Below are positions 1 through 8,850 of a DNA stretch of 32,000 nucleotides, piece after piece. This DNA is from Candidatus Paracaedimonas acanthamoebae. Lineage in GTDB: Bacteria; Pseudomonadota; Alphaproteobacteria; Caedimonadales; Caedimonadaceae. The notes under the pieces are model-generated. The model had not been told where the DNA came from. It did not search any database and saw nothing but the letters and a program-made list of their open reading frames with translations. Position 1 is the stretch's first letter. Each line of letters begins with the position of its first letter. The DNA is taken from assembly GCA_000743035.1 (NCBI GenBank), contig CP008936.1, positions 900,001 to 932,000 of the forward strand, read 5' to 3'. The translations under genes were made by a program, and so were the position numbers.

Positions 1-601
1 AGATCTCGTAGGCGCTTGCACCACGCATATAAGTGTCTTTCAATAATTGTTCTTAGTTCATGTATCTTCATCATTTTCTATATCTCCCTGTTTATGTTTT
101 CTTGTTTCTATTTATTGTTTGCCCCTTTCCCTTTCTGTGCATTAAGTGCACAGAAAGGAATTGAGAAGCCTTTTGCTGAAGAACGGTTGGAAGGCTAAAG
201 AATAAAACAGTTTGTTTCTTTCCATTCACAAAATGCCTGCCTTTATCTTCCTATACCTCGCCCTCATCAAATACCCTTAGTTTGTCCCTCGTCTTCCCCT
301 TGGCCTCGCGATTGCCAAGGATAAGCAGTTGATTAGGACTTTCTTTCTTTTTTTCAGAGGGATCGACCTCTAAAAAAAGACAAAGAGAGGATATTCGCTC
401 AAAAAGAGCGTTAAAAAGCTTATCTTCTCTAATAATTTAGGTTTTTCAGTCCCTGCCTTATTATTATTTTTATTGAGATGGTCTAAAAGACTTTTGGAAA
501 GAATTAAGAAGATTTATTAGCTCTTCATAAGAGAAGGAAAATCCCTCTTGACCATCTATTATCAGGCTATCACATCTTGATACAAAAATCAAGAAAATTC
601 G
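1..601. repeat. Copy 1 (truncated by the window start) of a 601-bp non-coding repeat module, identical to 8250-8850
   Basis: Base-by-base comparison by eye of 1-601 with 8250-8850 (offset 8249) found no mismatch. Identity ends after ...aagaaaattcg (601 / 8850). The two track ORFs 16..198 and 8169..8447 share an identical 60-aa C-terminus. No coherent reading frame on either strand. Confidence 0.9.
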
Positions 602-694
602 GTATAAAAGTAAAGTAATTTATTGATTAAAATCAAGAAGTTATTAAATATTTTTTGAAGAAAATAACCCCTTGAATTAAAGGGAAAAGATTTT

Positions 695-948
695 TTAAGC
701 ATGACTTGATTCTAAAGATAAAAGCTCTGGAACAACGCCAATATTTTTAAGAACTTACTTTCAAAGAAGCTCTAATTCTTTTGTGAAAATAAGGTCAAGG
801 TTGGCATCTACCATATGAGCCAGCTATTTTGCTGCAGCTCGGCTTCAAGCTGGCCTGCGCTCCCGCCTGTGTAGCCTAAAGTCAAAATTTTCTTTTGCGG
901 GTCATGACCGCTGGCAATGTCATTTAAAATATCCACAGTTTCAGTTAA
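695..948 (-). pseudogene. Relic of a YqgE/AlgH-family (UPF0301) gene: C-terminal third only, broken by two frameshifts
   Basis: The minus-strand translation falls into three frames: TVDILNDIASGHDPQKKILTLGYTGGSAGQLEAELQQNSWLIW*, then MVDANLDLIFTKELELL*, then KNIGVVPELLSLESSHA*. From memory this is colinear with the E. coli YqgE C-terminus (...[25 protein letters not shown]...ADLNILFKT...LIGVDILTMPGVAGHA). The conserved W in GY(A/S)GW reads G here. The N-terminal ~2/3 is absent and the lon stop codon abuts the relic at 955. Confidence 0.65.
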
Positions 949-954
949 AAAAAC

Positions 955-2706
955 TTATCTTTTGCTAATTACGCCGCCTACTAATTTATCGTGTATTGGC
1001 ATGCGTTCAAGAGCAATTGAGAAAGCTTCTTCTACCTTTCTAATTGGAATAATCTCCAAAGCAGCTTTGCACGTCTCAGGAACCTTCTCCAGATCTCGAA
1101 CGTTATCTGCTGGAATTAAAACTTTCTTGATTCCTTCTCTTTGAGCAGCCAAGAGTTTTTCTTTAAGTCCTCCTATAGGTAGGACATTGCCATGCAGCGT
1201 TATTTCGCCTGTCATCGCAACATCATGGCGCACAGGAATGCCTGTAAAAACTGAAACTATAGACACAGCCGCTGCTACCCCAGCTGAAGGGCCATCTTTT
1301 GGTGAGCCAGCTTCAGGCATGTGAAGATGAATATTCTGTTGCTTAATAACTTCAGGATTAATTCCAAAAGCGTTTGCATGGGCACGAATATAGCTGGCAG
1401 CTGCATTAAAAGACTCAACTGTCATATTGCCTAAAGATCCTGTTGTAAATATTTTTCCGGAACCCGGCATAATAACAGCTTCAATAAATCCTAAGTTCCC
1501 ACCAGCACCTGAAGCTGCTAATCCTGTGGTCACTCCAACTTGATTTACTTTATGCGCGCGCGTTCTAAAAACTTTTTCTTGCCCAGCATAATTTTCGAGA
1601 TTTACTTTTGTAATAGTGATAGGTGCTTTTTCTTTTAAAATAAGCTCTTTTGCAGCTTTTCGGCAAATTTTTGCAATTTCACGCTCAAGCCCTCTAACGC
1701 CTGCTTCAAACGTATAACGTTCTATCAAGAGAGGAATAACATCACTATCAAGAGAAAATTCATTCTCTTTGAGACCATTCATTTCCATCTGACGTGGAAT
1801 AATGTGACGTTTTGCAATTTCCTGTTTTTCTTGCAAGGTATATCCTTCAATCGTCACAATTTCCATACGATCAAGGACGGCCTTCGGAAGGTTGGAGAGG
1901 TCATTAGCCGTTGCAACAAACATTACGGAGCTAAGGTCAGCACCAATTTCTAGATAATGATCAAGAAAAGCATTATTTTGTTCAGGATCGAGTAACTCTA
2001 AGAGAGCGGCAGAAGGATCTCCAGACCAATTCATTCCTCCAATTTTATCAATCTCATCCAGCAAAATCATCACATTCGTTGTTTTTGCTTTCTTAAGGGC
2101 TTCAATAATACGACCAGGACGCGCACTTACATAAGTTCTCATATGCCCACGAATCTCAGCTTCATCTCTTATTCCACCAAGAGGTACTCTTTGAAATTCT
2201 CTTCCTAAAGCTCGGGCTATAGATTTTGCAAGAGACGTCTTTCCAACGCCAGGTGATCCCAATAAGCAAAGGACTGGCACTTTCTTATGGCCTGCACGTT
2301 TTTGTGCTGCTAAATATTCAATAACACGATCTTTCACCTCAACTAGTCCATAATGATCTTCATTCAAGATCTTCTCAGCTTCCTCAAGGTTTATTTCTTT
2401 TTGATTTTTTTCCGTCACCCAAGGGAAACTTAAAAGCCAATCAAGATATTTGCGTATCTCCGCAGCTTCTGGCGAAAAAGGATTCATATTCCACAAGCGT
2501 TCAAATTCAGTTAATGCTTTTTCGCGTGCCTCAGACGTAAGTTTTTTATTTTTTATACGGTCACGAATTTTCTCAAGTTCAGCTTCAAAAAAATTTTTCT
2601 TTTCCGCTGATTGAATTTGCCCATGTGAATCACTTAAGGGGCTTTGAGGTAAAAATAAATTACCCAAGAATAATGAAAAATAAAGAGCAAGAAAAATTTG
2701 CAGCAT
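955..2706 (-). CDS. lon: Lon-family ATP-dependent serine protease, short form lacking the N-terminal LON substrate-binding domain
   Basis: 583-aa ORF. Walker A is GSPGVGKTS and Walker B is ILLDEIDK. The protease catalytic Ser lies in PKDGPSAGVA and the Lys in GGLKEKLLAA. It is colinear with E. coli Lon from about residue 235 onward (HYGLxxVKDRVIEYLA). The N-terminus MLQIFLALYFSLFLGNLFL is hydrophobic instead of a LON domain. Confidence 0.9.
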   Translation of the reverse strand: MLQIFLALYFSLFLGNLFLPQSPLSDSHGQIQSAEKKNFFEAELEKIRDRIKNKKLTSEAREKALTEFERLWNMNPFSPEAAEIRKYLDWLLSFPWVTEKNQKEINLEEAEKILNEDHYGLVEVKDRVIEYLAAQKRAGHKKVPVLCLLGSPGVGKTSLAKSIARALGREFQRVPLGGIRDEAEIRGHMRTYVSARPGRIIEALKKAKTTNVMILLDEIDKIGGMNWSGDPSAALLELLDPEQNNAFLDHYLEIGADLSSVMFVATANDLSNLPKAVLDRMEIVTIEGYTLQEKQEIAKRHIIPRQMEMNGLKENEFSLDSDVIPLLIERYTFEAGVRGLEREIAKICRKAAKELILKEKAPITITKVNLENYAGQEKVFRTRAHKVNQVGVTTGLAASGAGGNLGFIEAVIMPGSGKIFTTGSLGNMTVESFNAAASYIRAHANAFGINPEVIKQQNIHLHMPEAGSPKDGPSAGVAAAVSIVSVFTGIPVRHDVAMTGEITLHGNVLPIGGLKEKLLAAQREGIKKVLIPADNVRDLEKVPETCKAALEIIPIRKVEEAFSIALERMPIHDKLVGGVISKR

Positions 2707-2778
2707 TTACACTAACCGACAACTAATTATGACTATTTGTTATATAATACAATTTCCTAAGAAATCAAGTTTATAATA

Positions 2779-2818
2779 AACTTACCTTAATAACTTATGA
2801 CAGATTTTAAGGTAAGTT
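2779..2818 (-). terminator. 12-bp perfect hairpin downstream of pntB (possible terminator or insulator before lon)
   Basis: aacttaccttaa (2779-2790) is the exact reverse complement of ttaaggtaagtt (2807-2818), with a 16-nt loop. On the minus strand it is followed by the T-rich run tttattata. The AT-rich stem and large loop make a terminator role uncertain. Confidence 0.3.
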
Positions 2819-2882
2819 ATTGAAAAACATTTGTTATTTTATTATTGCCAGAATCTTAAGCATCCAACAACCAATATGAATA

Positions 2883-4280
2883 CTATTCAATTGCTTTAAT
2901 AACCTCTTCACATACTTTCTTGGCATCGCCAAAAAGCATCATTGTGTTATCGCGATAGAAAAGTTCATTATCAACGCCTGAATATCCCGCAGCCATAGAT
3001 CTTTTTACAAAAAGGACGGTTTGAGCTTTTTCAACATCTAGAATAGGCATGCCATAAATAGGGCTAGTTGGATCTGTCTTAGCAAGTGGGTTGGTAACGT
3101 CATTGGCCCCAATAACAAAGGCAACGTCTGTTGTTGCAAAATCTCTATTGATTTCATCGAGTTCTAGGACTTCTTCATAGGGAACATTAGCTTCAGCCAA
3201 AAGCACATTCATGTGCCCAGGCATACGTCCCGCAACGGGATGAATCGCATAGCGAACTTGGGCCCCTTTTTGTTTAAGAAGATCCGTCATTTCTCGCAAA
3301 GCGTGTTGCGCTTGTGCCACAGCCATGCCATACCCTGGAACAATAATAACAGACTTCGCATTCGCCATGATAAATGCAGCATCCTCAGCACTCCCTGCTT
3401 TAACAGGACGCTGTTCAGTTGAAGCTGCTGTAGAAATTGCAGAAGTATCACTTCCAAATCCACCTAAAATAACATTAAAAATAGAACGATTCATTCCTTT
3501 ACACATAATATAACTTAGGATTGCACCTGATGAACCAACAAGAGCTCCAGTAATAATGAGAAGATGGTTATTAAGTGTAAATCCAATACCAGCAGCTGCC
3601 CAACCTGAATAGGAATTCAACATTGAAACAACAACAGGCATATCAGCTCCCCCAATAGGAAGAATCAATAAAAATCCTAAAATAAAAGATATAATAATGA
3701 TTATACTGAAAATAAAATGAGATTCAGTTTTAACAAACATATACCCTAAAAAGATAAGTAAAACGGCAAGTATTGCATTTAAGCCATGCTGAAATGGAAA
3801 TACCAAAGGCTTTCCACTAACCAATCCTTGTAATTTAGCAAACGCGACAACTGATCCTGTGAAGGTTATCGCACCAATAGCAACACCTAAACACATCTCA
3901 ATCAAACTACCCATTTTAATAGTACCTGAGAAGCCAATACCAAAAGCTTCAGGACTCCAAAGCGCTGCCATAGCCACAAAAACAGCTGAAAGGCCAACTA
4001 AACTATGGAACGCTGCAGTTAGTTGAGGTAAAGCTGTCATTTGGATTCTGAGAGCAATCACTGTCCCTAAAGCACTACCAATTAAAACGCCTGCTAGGAT
4101 CATCTCAAAGCCTACAACAGCAGGAGAAGAAATGGTTGCCCCAATTGCAATAAGCATTCCTAAAACACCAAAAATATTCCCTCCAAGTGCGGTTTTTGGA
4201 GAGGATAACCCTCGCAAGGCCATAATAAAAAAGACTGAGGAGAGAAGATAACTTAGAGCTAAAAGATTTTCAGACATCAC
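2883..4280 (-). CDS. pntB: NAD(P) transhydrogenase subunit beta
   Basis: 465-aa ORF with a multi-pass membrane N-terminal half and a C-terminal dIII NADP(H) domain carrying the [12 protein letters not shown] motif. It lies directly downstream of the pntA parts. Confidence 0.95.
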   Translation of the reverse strand: MMSENLLALSYLLSSVFFIMALRGLSSPKTALGGNIFGVLGMLIAIGATISSPAVVGFEMILAGVLIGSALGTVIALRIQMTALPQLTAAFHSLVGLSAVFVAMAALWSPEAFGIGFSGTIKMGSLIEMCLGVAIGAITFTGSVVAFAKLQGLVSGKPLVFPFQHGLNAILAVLLIFLGYMFVKTESHFIFSIIIIISFILGFLLILPIGGADMPVVVSMLNSYSGWAAAGIGFTLNNHLLIITGALVGSSGAILSYIMCKGMNRSIFNVILGGFGSDTSAISTAASTEQRPVKAGSAEDAAFIMANAKSVIIVPGYGMAVAQAQHALREMTDLLKQKGAQVRYAIHPVAGRMPGHMNVLLAEANVPYEEVLELDEINRDFATTDVAFVIGANDVTNPLAKTDPTSPIYGMPILDVEKAQTVLFVKRSMAAGYSGVDNELFYRDNTMMLFGDAKKVCEEVIKAIE

Positions 4281-4287
4281 ATTTTCC

Positions 4288-4710
4288 TTATTTTTTCTTC
4301 ATAAACATATGAAGCATGCGTTGCGTGACAATAAACCCGCCAAAAATATTAACAGAAGCTAAGATAACTGCCAAAAAGCCAAGAATTTTAGCAAATCCCA
4401 AAGCTGACAAACCTGCCGCTAAGAGCGCTCCAACAATAATCACACTCGAGATAGCATTGGTTACAGCCATAAGAGGTGAATGCAATGCAGGGGTAACACG
4501 CCAAACGACATAATAGCCGACAAAAACAGCCAGAATAAAAACAGTAAGACCAAAAATAAAAGGAGATACCCCCTGTTGAGTCATTGCGGCCGCTGAGACT
4601 TGTTCTTGAGCAGCAAATACAGCATCTTTAAGATTATTTGAAGCCTTCAATAAATCTGTTGATTGCTTAATAAGTTCTTGGGCTTTTTCAAGTAGTGGTG
4701 TAAAACTCAT
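4288..4710 (-). CDS. pntAB: NAD(P) transhydrogenase subunit alpha part 2 (membrane dII segment)
   Basis: 140 aa with a short soluble N-terminus followed by hydrophobic helices. It sits between pntAA and pntB with 7-11 bp gaps, the split-alpha arrangement known from Rhodospirillum and Rickettsia. Confidence 0.85.
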   Translation of the reverse strand: MSFTPLLEKAQELIKQSTDLLKASNNLKDAVFAAQEQVSAAAMTQQGVSPFIFGLTVFILAVFVGYYVVWRVTPALHSPLMAVTNAISSVIIVGALLAAGLSALGFAKILGFLAVILASVNIFGGFIVTQRMLHMFMKKK

Positions 4711-4721
4711 TATTGATCTCC

Positions 4722-5864
4722 TTAAGATTGAAATTGCGGATGAATAATTTTCCCACCATGGGTTAAAACTGCGGCTTGAAGGATTTCATCTTCTAACTCC
4801 AATTTCAGTGTCTTGCCTTCTTTATCATAAAGAAGCGATAAAAAGTTTAAAACATTACGGGCATACAAAGCACTTGAATCCCTAGGTACGCGAGTAGCTA
4901 ATTGCGGATATCCTACTATTTTCACGCCATACTTTTCTTTTACCTTCCCAAGTTCGGTTAGACTACAATTCCCACCTGCTTCAATTGCCATGTCTACCAC
5001 AACAGAGCCAGGCTTCATTGCTTGAATCATATCTTCCGTAATTAAAAGTGGTGCTTGTTTTCCAGGAATAAGAGCTGTCGTAATAACTATATCATTCTTG
5101 GTAATTTCTTCTTTGATTCTTGCAGATTGGCGCTTTTTGTAGTCCTCACTCATCTCTTTTGCATAGCCACCAGATCCTTCACCACTTTCATCCGCTTCAA
5201 CAAAAACAAAAGTCGCACCTAAACTCTCAACCTGTTCCTTTGCTGCAGCTCTAACATCAAAAGCAGAGACAACAGCTCCTAAACGTCTTGCTGTTGCTAT
5301 AGCTTGAAGACCCGCCACACCAGCTCCTAATACTAAAACACGAGCTGGTGCGATTGTACCTGCTGCTGTCATCATCATTGGAAAGGCTCGGTCAAAAACG
5401 TGCGCGGCTTCAATAACAGCGCGGTACCCAGCAAGATTAGTTTGCGAAGATAATACATCCATTGATTGCGCACGTGTAATACGTGGCACAAACTCTAGGG
5501 AAAAAGATGTTATATTCGACTTGATATAATAGTTCAATTGTTCGCGATTACTATAAGGCGACAACATACCGATCAGAACAGCTTCACGGGGTAACAAAGA
5601 AATTTCATCAAGCTCGCCTTCACCTTTATGTAAGGGGCTTTGAACCTTCAAAATAATTTTCGCTTGAGAAACCGTACTTGAAAAATCCTTCATTATGGTT
5701 GCACCAGCTTCTTGATATTGCTTATCAGGAATTGAAGCTGCAATACCAGCCTCTTTCTCAACAATAACATCAAATCCCATTCCAACTAACTTCTTGACCG
5801 TATCGGGAGAAGCTGCAACACGCGTTTCTCCAACTCTTCTCTCTTTGGGTATCGCTATTTTCAT
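4722..5864 (-). CDS. pntAA: NAD(P) transhydrogenase subunit alpha part 1 (dI, alanine dehydrogenase/PNT fold)
   Basis: 380 aa with the Rossmann motif [22 protein letters not shown] and the typical N-terminus MKIAIPKE. An SD-like aggaagg lies upstream of the ATG. Confidence 0.95.
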   Translation of the reverse strand: MKIAIPKERRVGETRVAASPDTVKKLVGMGFDVIVEKEAGIAASIPDKQYQEAGATIMKDFSSTVSQAKIILKVQSPLHKGEGELDEISLLPREAVLIGMLSPYSNREQLNYYIKSNITSFSLEFVPRITRAQSMDVLSSQTNLAGYRAVIEAAHVFDRAFPMMMTAAGTIAPARVLVLGAGVAGLQAIATARRLGAVVSAFDVRAAAKEQVESLGATFVFVEADESGEGSGGYAKEMSEDYKKRQSARIKEEITKNDIVITTALIPGKQAPLLITEDMIQAMKPGSVVVDMAIEAGGNCSLTELGKVKEKYGVKIVGYPQLATRVPRDSSALYARNVLNFLSLLYDKEGKTLKLELEDEILQAAVLTHGGKIIHPQFQS

Positions 5865-5887
5865 TTTTAGCCTTCCTTATTAACTTG

Positions 5888-7537
5888 CTAAGATCTTGCA
5901 TTCATAAGCTGTGCAAAAAGTTTCTTATTATAATCCACTGAATACCGCTGGCGTATTGATCCTAAGTATTGTATTAAAAGATCATTAGCCAGCTCTTGGT
6001 TCATCTTTATCTTAAACCCTTCTAATTCATTCTTGGCTCTTTCTATAGAAACTGTTTCTATATCTTTTACGGTAGCCACAATAATATCCTTTTCACCTTT
6101 ATCATTTAACAAAGATGTCGCTGCCGCAAATTTTTTCGGCAAGAGATAAAGTTTTGAAATGAATTCATCAGAAAAATGAAGACTACTAGGTGCAACAGGC
6201 CCTTGCCGACTTATTTTTATCTGAGATACTTTAGCCCTTTGTAGCCCCGCAAGAGCATCTAGATTCCCTCCCTGATTAATCTTTTCAACCCACTGGAGTC
6301 CTAAGTTCGCTGCTTTTTGACTCTTTAGTTGAGATACTAAGGCCTTGTGAGCTTCCTTCTTTACTTGATCAAAAGGAAGCAATTGAGAAAGATAAATTTT
6401 ATCAACTCGTGCAATAAAATACTTACTTTCTCCAGCTTCAATAACATTACCAACGACATTAAGTGTTTGCTGAAAAGCATCTTTTATAATTTTTAAAGTC
6501 AAAGCCTTATTTTCAGGCTGCTCTTTAGAAACTTGAATATTAGGGACAAACTTTCCATCATTCGCTACTTTAGAAAAATGCACCATTGGTATCTGATACT
6601 TCTTAGAAACTTCTTCAAGAGTCGCACCACCCCCAATAGCATCATCTATCTTGTTGGTTAATTCATAAAGTTTATCTGTAGACATTTGTTTCTTTAAATC
6701 ATCAGATATTTTATCTTTTACTTTAGCAAAACTTTGTCCTTTAAATTCTTCTAGGCGCGCTTCGTAAGCTTGTTTAATTTGTGCTTCATCTAATTGGATC
6801 AATGGCATTACGATAGAGGTATCTAATATTAATGCTGAGATATCTCTATATTCAGGCGCAGTAAAAAGTGAATTATTTTTATCATAAAATCCTTTTATTT
6901 CTTCTTGAGTAGGTTCATGATCGAGTTTCATTTTTGAACTCTCAATAGTCGCAATAGAAATTAACCGTTTTTGTTCAATAAATGCATATATTCTTTGAAC
7001 TAGGCTTGATGGAGCCTTAATTCCTCCAAAAATAGCTTCCAAAAGTTCATTTCTTAAAACTTCTTGCCGAATTTCATTGAAAAAATTGGCTTCTGTTAAT
7101 CCTGTTTGAGAAAGAAAGATATTAAATCTTTGACGATCAAATATTCCTTTATCATTATGGAAATTTTTATCTTCAGTTACAATTTGTCGTAAAAAATCAT
7201 CTGTAACAGCAAGCCCTAGCCTTTGTGATTCTTTATTAAGAAGTGTATCATTCACCAAGCGCTCTAGAATTAAAGGATAAAGCTGTTTTTGTTGTTCTGG
7301 TAGAAGTTTTTGCTTAAAGTTTGTTTCTATTCGAGCGAGCTCAAGATTAAGGGCCCTAGAAAATTGTTGAAGCGTAATTTTCGTTCCTCCAACAGATGCT
7401 ACTGTCATCCCCCCGCCTCGGCTTCCCAAGATTAGATCGTTTCCATACCAAAGAAAACCAAAGGTTATTGCTAAGATTCCAAGGAATGCACGAAACCACC
7501 AACTCCCAGAGTGTGTTCGAATTTTTTCAATGAACAT
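5888..7537 (-). CDS. ppiD: PpiD-like periplasmic chaperone (SurA N-terminal domain / parvulin-like rotamase family), membrane anchored
   Basis: 549 aa with an N-terminal anchor WWFRAFLGILAITFGFLWYG. It is colinear with E. coli PpiD (…LERLVNDTLLNKESQRLGL.V.D…, …EEIKGFYDKNNSLFTAPEYRDIS…). Confidence 0.8.
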   Translation of the reverse strand: MFIEKIRTHSGSWWFRAFLGILAITFGFLWYGNDLILGSRGGGMTVASVGGTKITLQQFSRALNLELARIETNFKQKLLPEQQKQLYPLILERLVNDTLLNKESQRLGLAVTDDFLRQIVTEDKNFHNDKGIFDRQRFNIFLSQTGLTEANFFNEIRQEVLRNELLEAIFGGIKAPSSLVQRIYAFIEQKRLISIATIESSKMKLDHEPTQEEIKGFYDKNNSLFTAPEYRDISALILDTSIVMPLIQLDEAQIKQAYEARLEEFKGQSFAKVKDKISDDLKKQMSTDKLYELTNKIDDAIGGGATLEEVSKKYQIPMVHFSKVANDGKFVPNIQVSKEQPENKALTLKIIKDAFQQTLNVVGNVIEAGESKYFIARVDKIYLSQLLPFDQVKKEAHKALVSQLKSQKAANLGLQWVEKINQGGNLDALAGLQRAKVSQIKISRQGPVAPSSLHFSDEFISKLYLLPKKFAAATSLLNDKGEKDIIVATVKDIETVSIERAKNELEGFKIKMNQELANDLLIQYLGSIRQRYSVDYNKKLFAQLMNARS

Positions 7538-7853
7538 TTAAAACCTCATTTAAATTATAAGGATTGATCTTAACGAGAACGCAACCTTAGAGCAACGGAT
7601 TTATTAAACTTTTATAAGTTTCACGCAGTGTGCAAGTTTTTTTAAGAAAGAGAATGGTGACTTTATCTCCCATCCTTGCCAGCGAGCGTACTCTCGTTCC
7701 TATCCTTAGTCATACCAGATCTTATCCCAGGGATCTCAGATGACCTATAAAGCCTCCCTATCATCCATTCGATAACTACCTTCTTTTTCATACCATTCCT
7801 CTCATACACGATTTAAGAATCTTCGGGTGCCTTTTGGCATCTCTTGGTTGCCT

Positions 7854-7882
7854 GAGATCCCCGGGACAAGCTCGGGATGACA
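7854..7882 (+). repeat. Palindromic unit B: gagatccccgggacaagctcgggatgaca
   Basis: Internal stem cccggg/ctcggg (one G-U equivalent) flanked by GATCC and GGATGAC. Confidence 0.6.
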
Positions 7883-7974
7883 ACAGGATGGGATCTGGGG
7901 TGACAAACGACTGATCGCTTGCCTTTATACTGCCCCCCTTTCCTTTACCAACGAGCACTTCTGTCCCCAATTTC

Positions 7975-8003
7975 GTCATCCTAGGCCCTGTGCCGAGGAT
8001 CCC
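7975..8003 (-). repeat. Palindromic unit C (inverted orientation): gtcatcctaggccctgtgccgaggatccc
   Basis: The reverse complement gggatcctcggcacagggcctaggatgac aligns with units B and D. Together with unit D it forms an inverted pair about 50 bp apart. Confidence 0.6.
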
Positions 8004-8055
8004 AAGCGACCGAAAGATCTCTCCTGTCGCCATTCGATGCCTCTCATCCTTCCCT

Positions 8056-8080
8056 GGATCCCCGCCTGGCGGGAATGACA
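8056..8080 (+). repeat. Palindromic unit D: ggatccccgcctggcgggaatgaca
   Basis: Near-perfect palindrome cccgcc-t-ggcggg flanked by GGATCC and GGAATGAC. Confidence 0.6.
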
Positions 8081-8249
8081 TGAGAGAATGTGGCCTGCCT
8101 TCCTGATCAAAGGTAAGATTCCACCAGCGATTAAAGATCTGTTGCCAGGGGGGTGACTTGTTTCCCTTTTGCAGGCTTTCTGCAGAAGTCGTTTCCTCTT
8201 TTGGTTCTCGCAAACAGAGACCCTAGATTCCACTACCATACGTTTCCTC

Positions 8250-8850
8250 AGATCTCGTAGGCGCTTGCACCACGCATATAAGTGTCTTTCAATAATTGTT
8301 CTTAGTTCATGTATCTTCATCATTTTCTATATCTCCCTGTTTATGTTTTCTTGTTTCTATTTATTGTTTGCCCCTTTCCCTTTCTGTGCATTAAGTGCAC
8401 AGAAAGGAATTGAGAAGCCTTTTGCTGAAGAACGGTTGGAAGGCTAAAGAATAAAACAGTTTGTTTCTTTCCATTCACAAAATGCCTGCCTTTATCTTCC
8501 TATACCTCGCCCTCATCAAATACCCTTAGTTTGTCCCTCGTCTTCCCCTTGGCCTCGCGATTGCCAAGGATAAGCAGTTGATTAGGACTTTCTTTCTTTT
8601 TTTCAGAGGGATCGACCTCTAAAAAAAGACAAAGAGAGGATATTCGCTCAAAAAGAGCGTTAAAAAGCTTATCTTCTCTAATAATTTAGGTTTTTCAGTC
8701 CCTGCCTTATTATTATTTTTATTGAGATGGTCTAAAAGACTTTTGGAAAGAATTAAGAAGATTTATTAGCTCTTCATAAGAGAAGGAAAATCCCTCTTGA
8801 CCATCTATTATCAGGCTATCACATCTTGATACAAAAATCAAGAAAATTCG
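8250..8850. repeat. Copy 2 of the 601-bp non-coding repeat module
   Basis: Identical to 1-601. Hairpins: 8379-8407 (12-bp perfect stem cctttctgtgca/tgcacagaaagg, loop ttaag), 8547-8569 (ccttggc/gccaagg), 8605-8620 (agagg/cctct flanked by T7 and A7), 8645-8659 (cgctc/gagcg) and 8824-8843 (tcttgat/atcaaga). Confidence 0.9.

Larger units (their letters stand above)
7640..8249. repeat. GC-rich island composed of short palindromic GATCC(C)-hairpin-GG(A)ATGAC units
   Basis: By eye about 50% GC against AT-rich flanks. Units lie at 7854-7882, 7975-8003 (inverted) and 8056-8080, with degenerate copies at 7717-7744 and 7886-7905. AGATCT/GGATCT recurs at 7717, 7731, 7891, 8015, 8136 and 8250. Confidence 0.7.

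Noticed and set aside
16-198. 60-aa ORF (and its twin inside 8169..8447, 92 aa) within the repeat module
   Set aside because: Its hydrophobic, low-complexity sequence is what translation of a pyrimidine-rich strand produces. There is no SD and no family resemblance. The 8169 version simply extends into the GC-rich palindromes.
917-1144. 75-aa plus-strand ORF overlapping the lon 3' end
   Set aside because: It is antisense shadow of a well-supported gene.
3213-3513. Plus-strand ORFs 3213..3422 and 3325..3513 inside pntB, and similarly 4316..4513 inside pntAB
   Set aside because: They are antisense shadow ORFs within strongly supported genes.
7640-8249. GC-rich block as a structural RNA gene (RNase P RNA, tmRNA, SRP or 6S RNA)
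   Set aside because: I found none of the conserved signatures I know: no GAGGAAAGUCC-type P4 strand, no tRNA-like ...GGUUCGAxUCC...CCA end, and no tag-peptide ORF. The block is explained by repeated palindromic units.
7788-8323. Overlapping minus-strand ORFs 7788..8213 (141 aa) and 7976..8323 (115 aa) in the GC-rich island
   Set aside because: They overlap each other in different frames. They are largely translations of the palindromic units (…SRQAGIQ…, …PGGDPG…, …GPRMT…), rich in R/G/P as expected from GC-rich repeats. I recognise no transposase or other domain.
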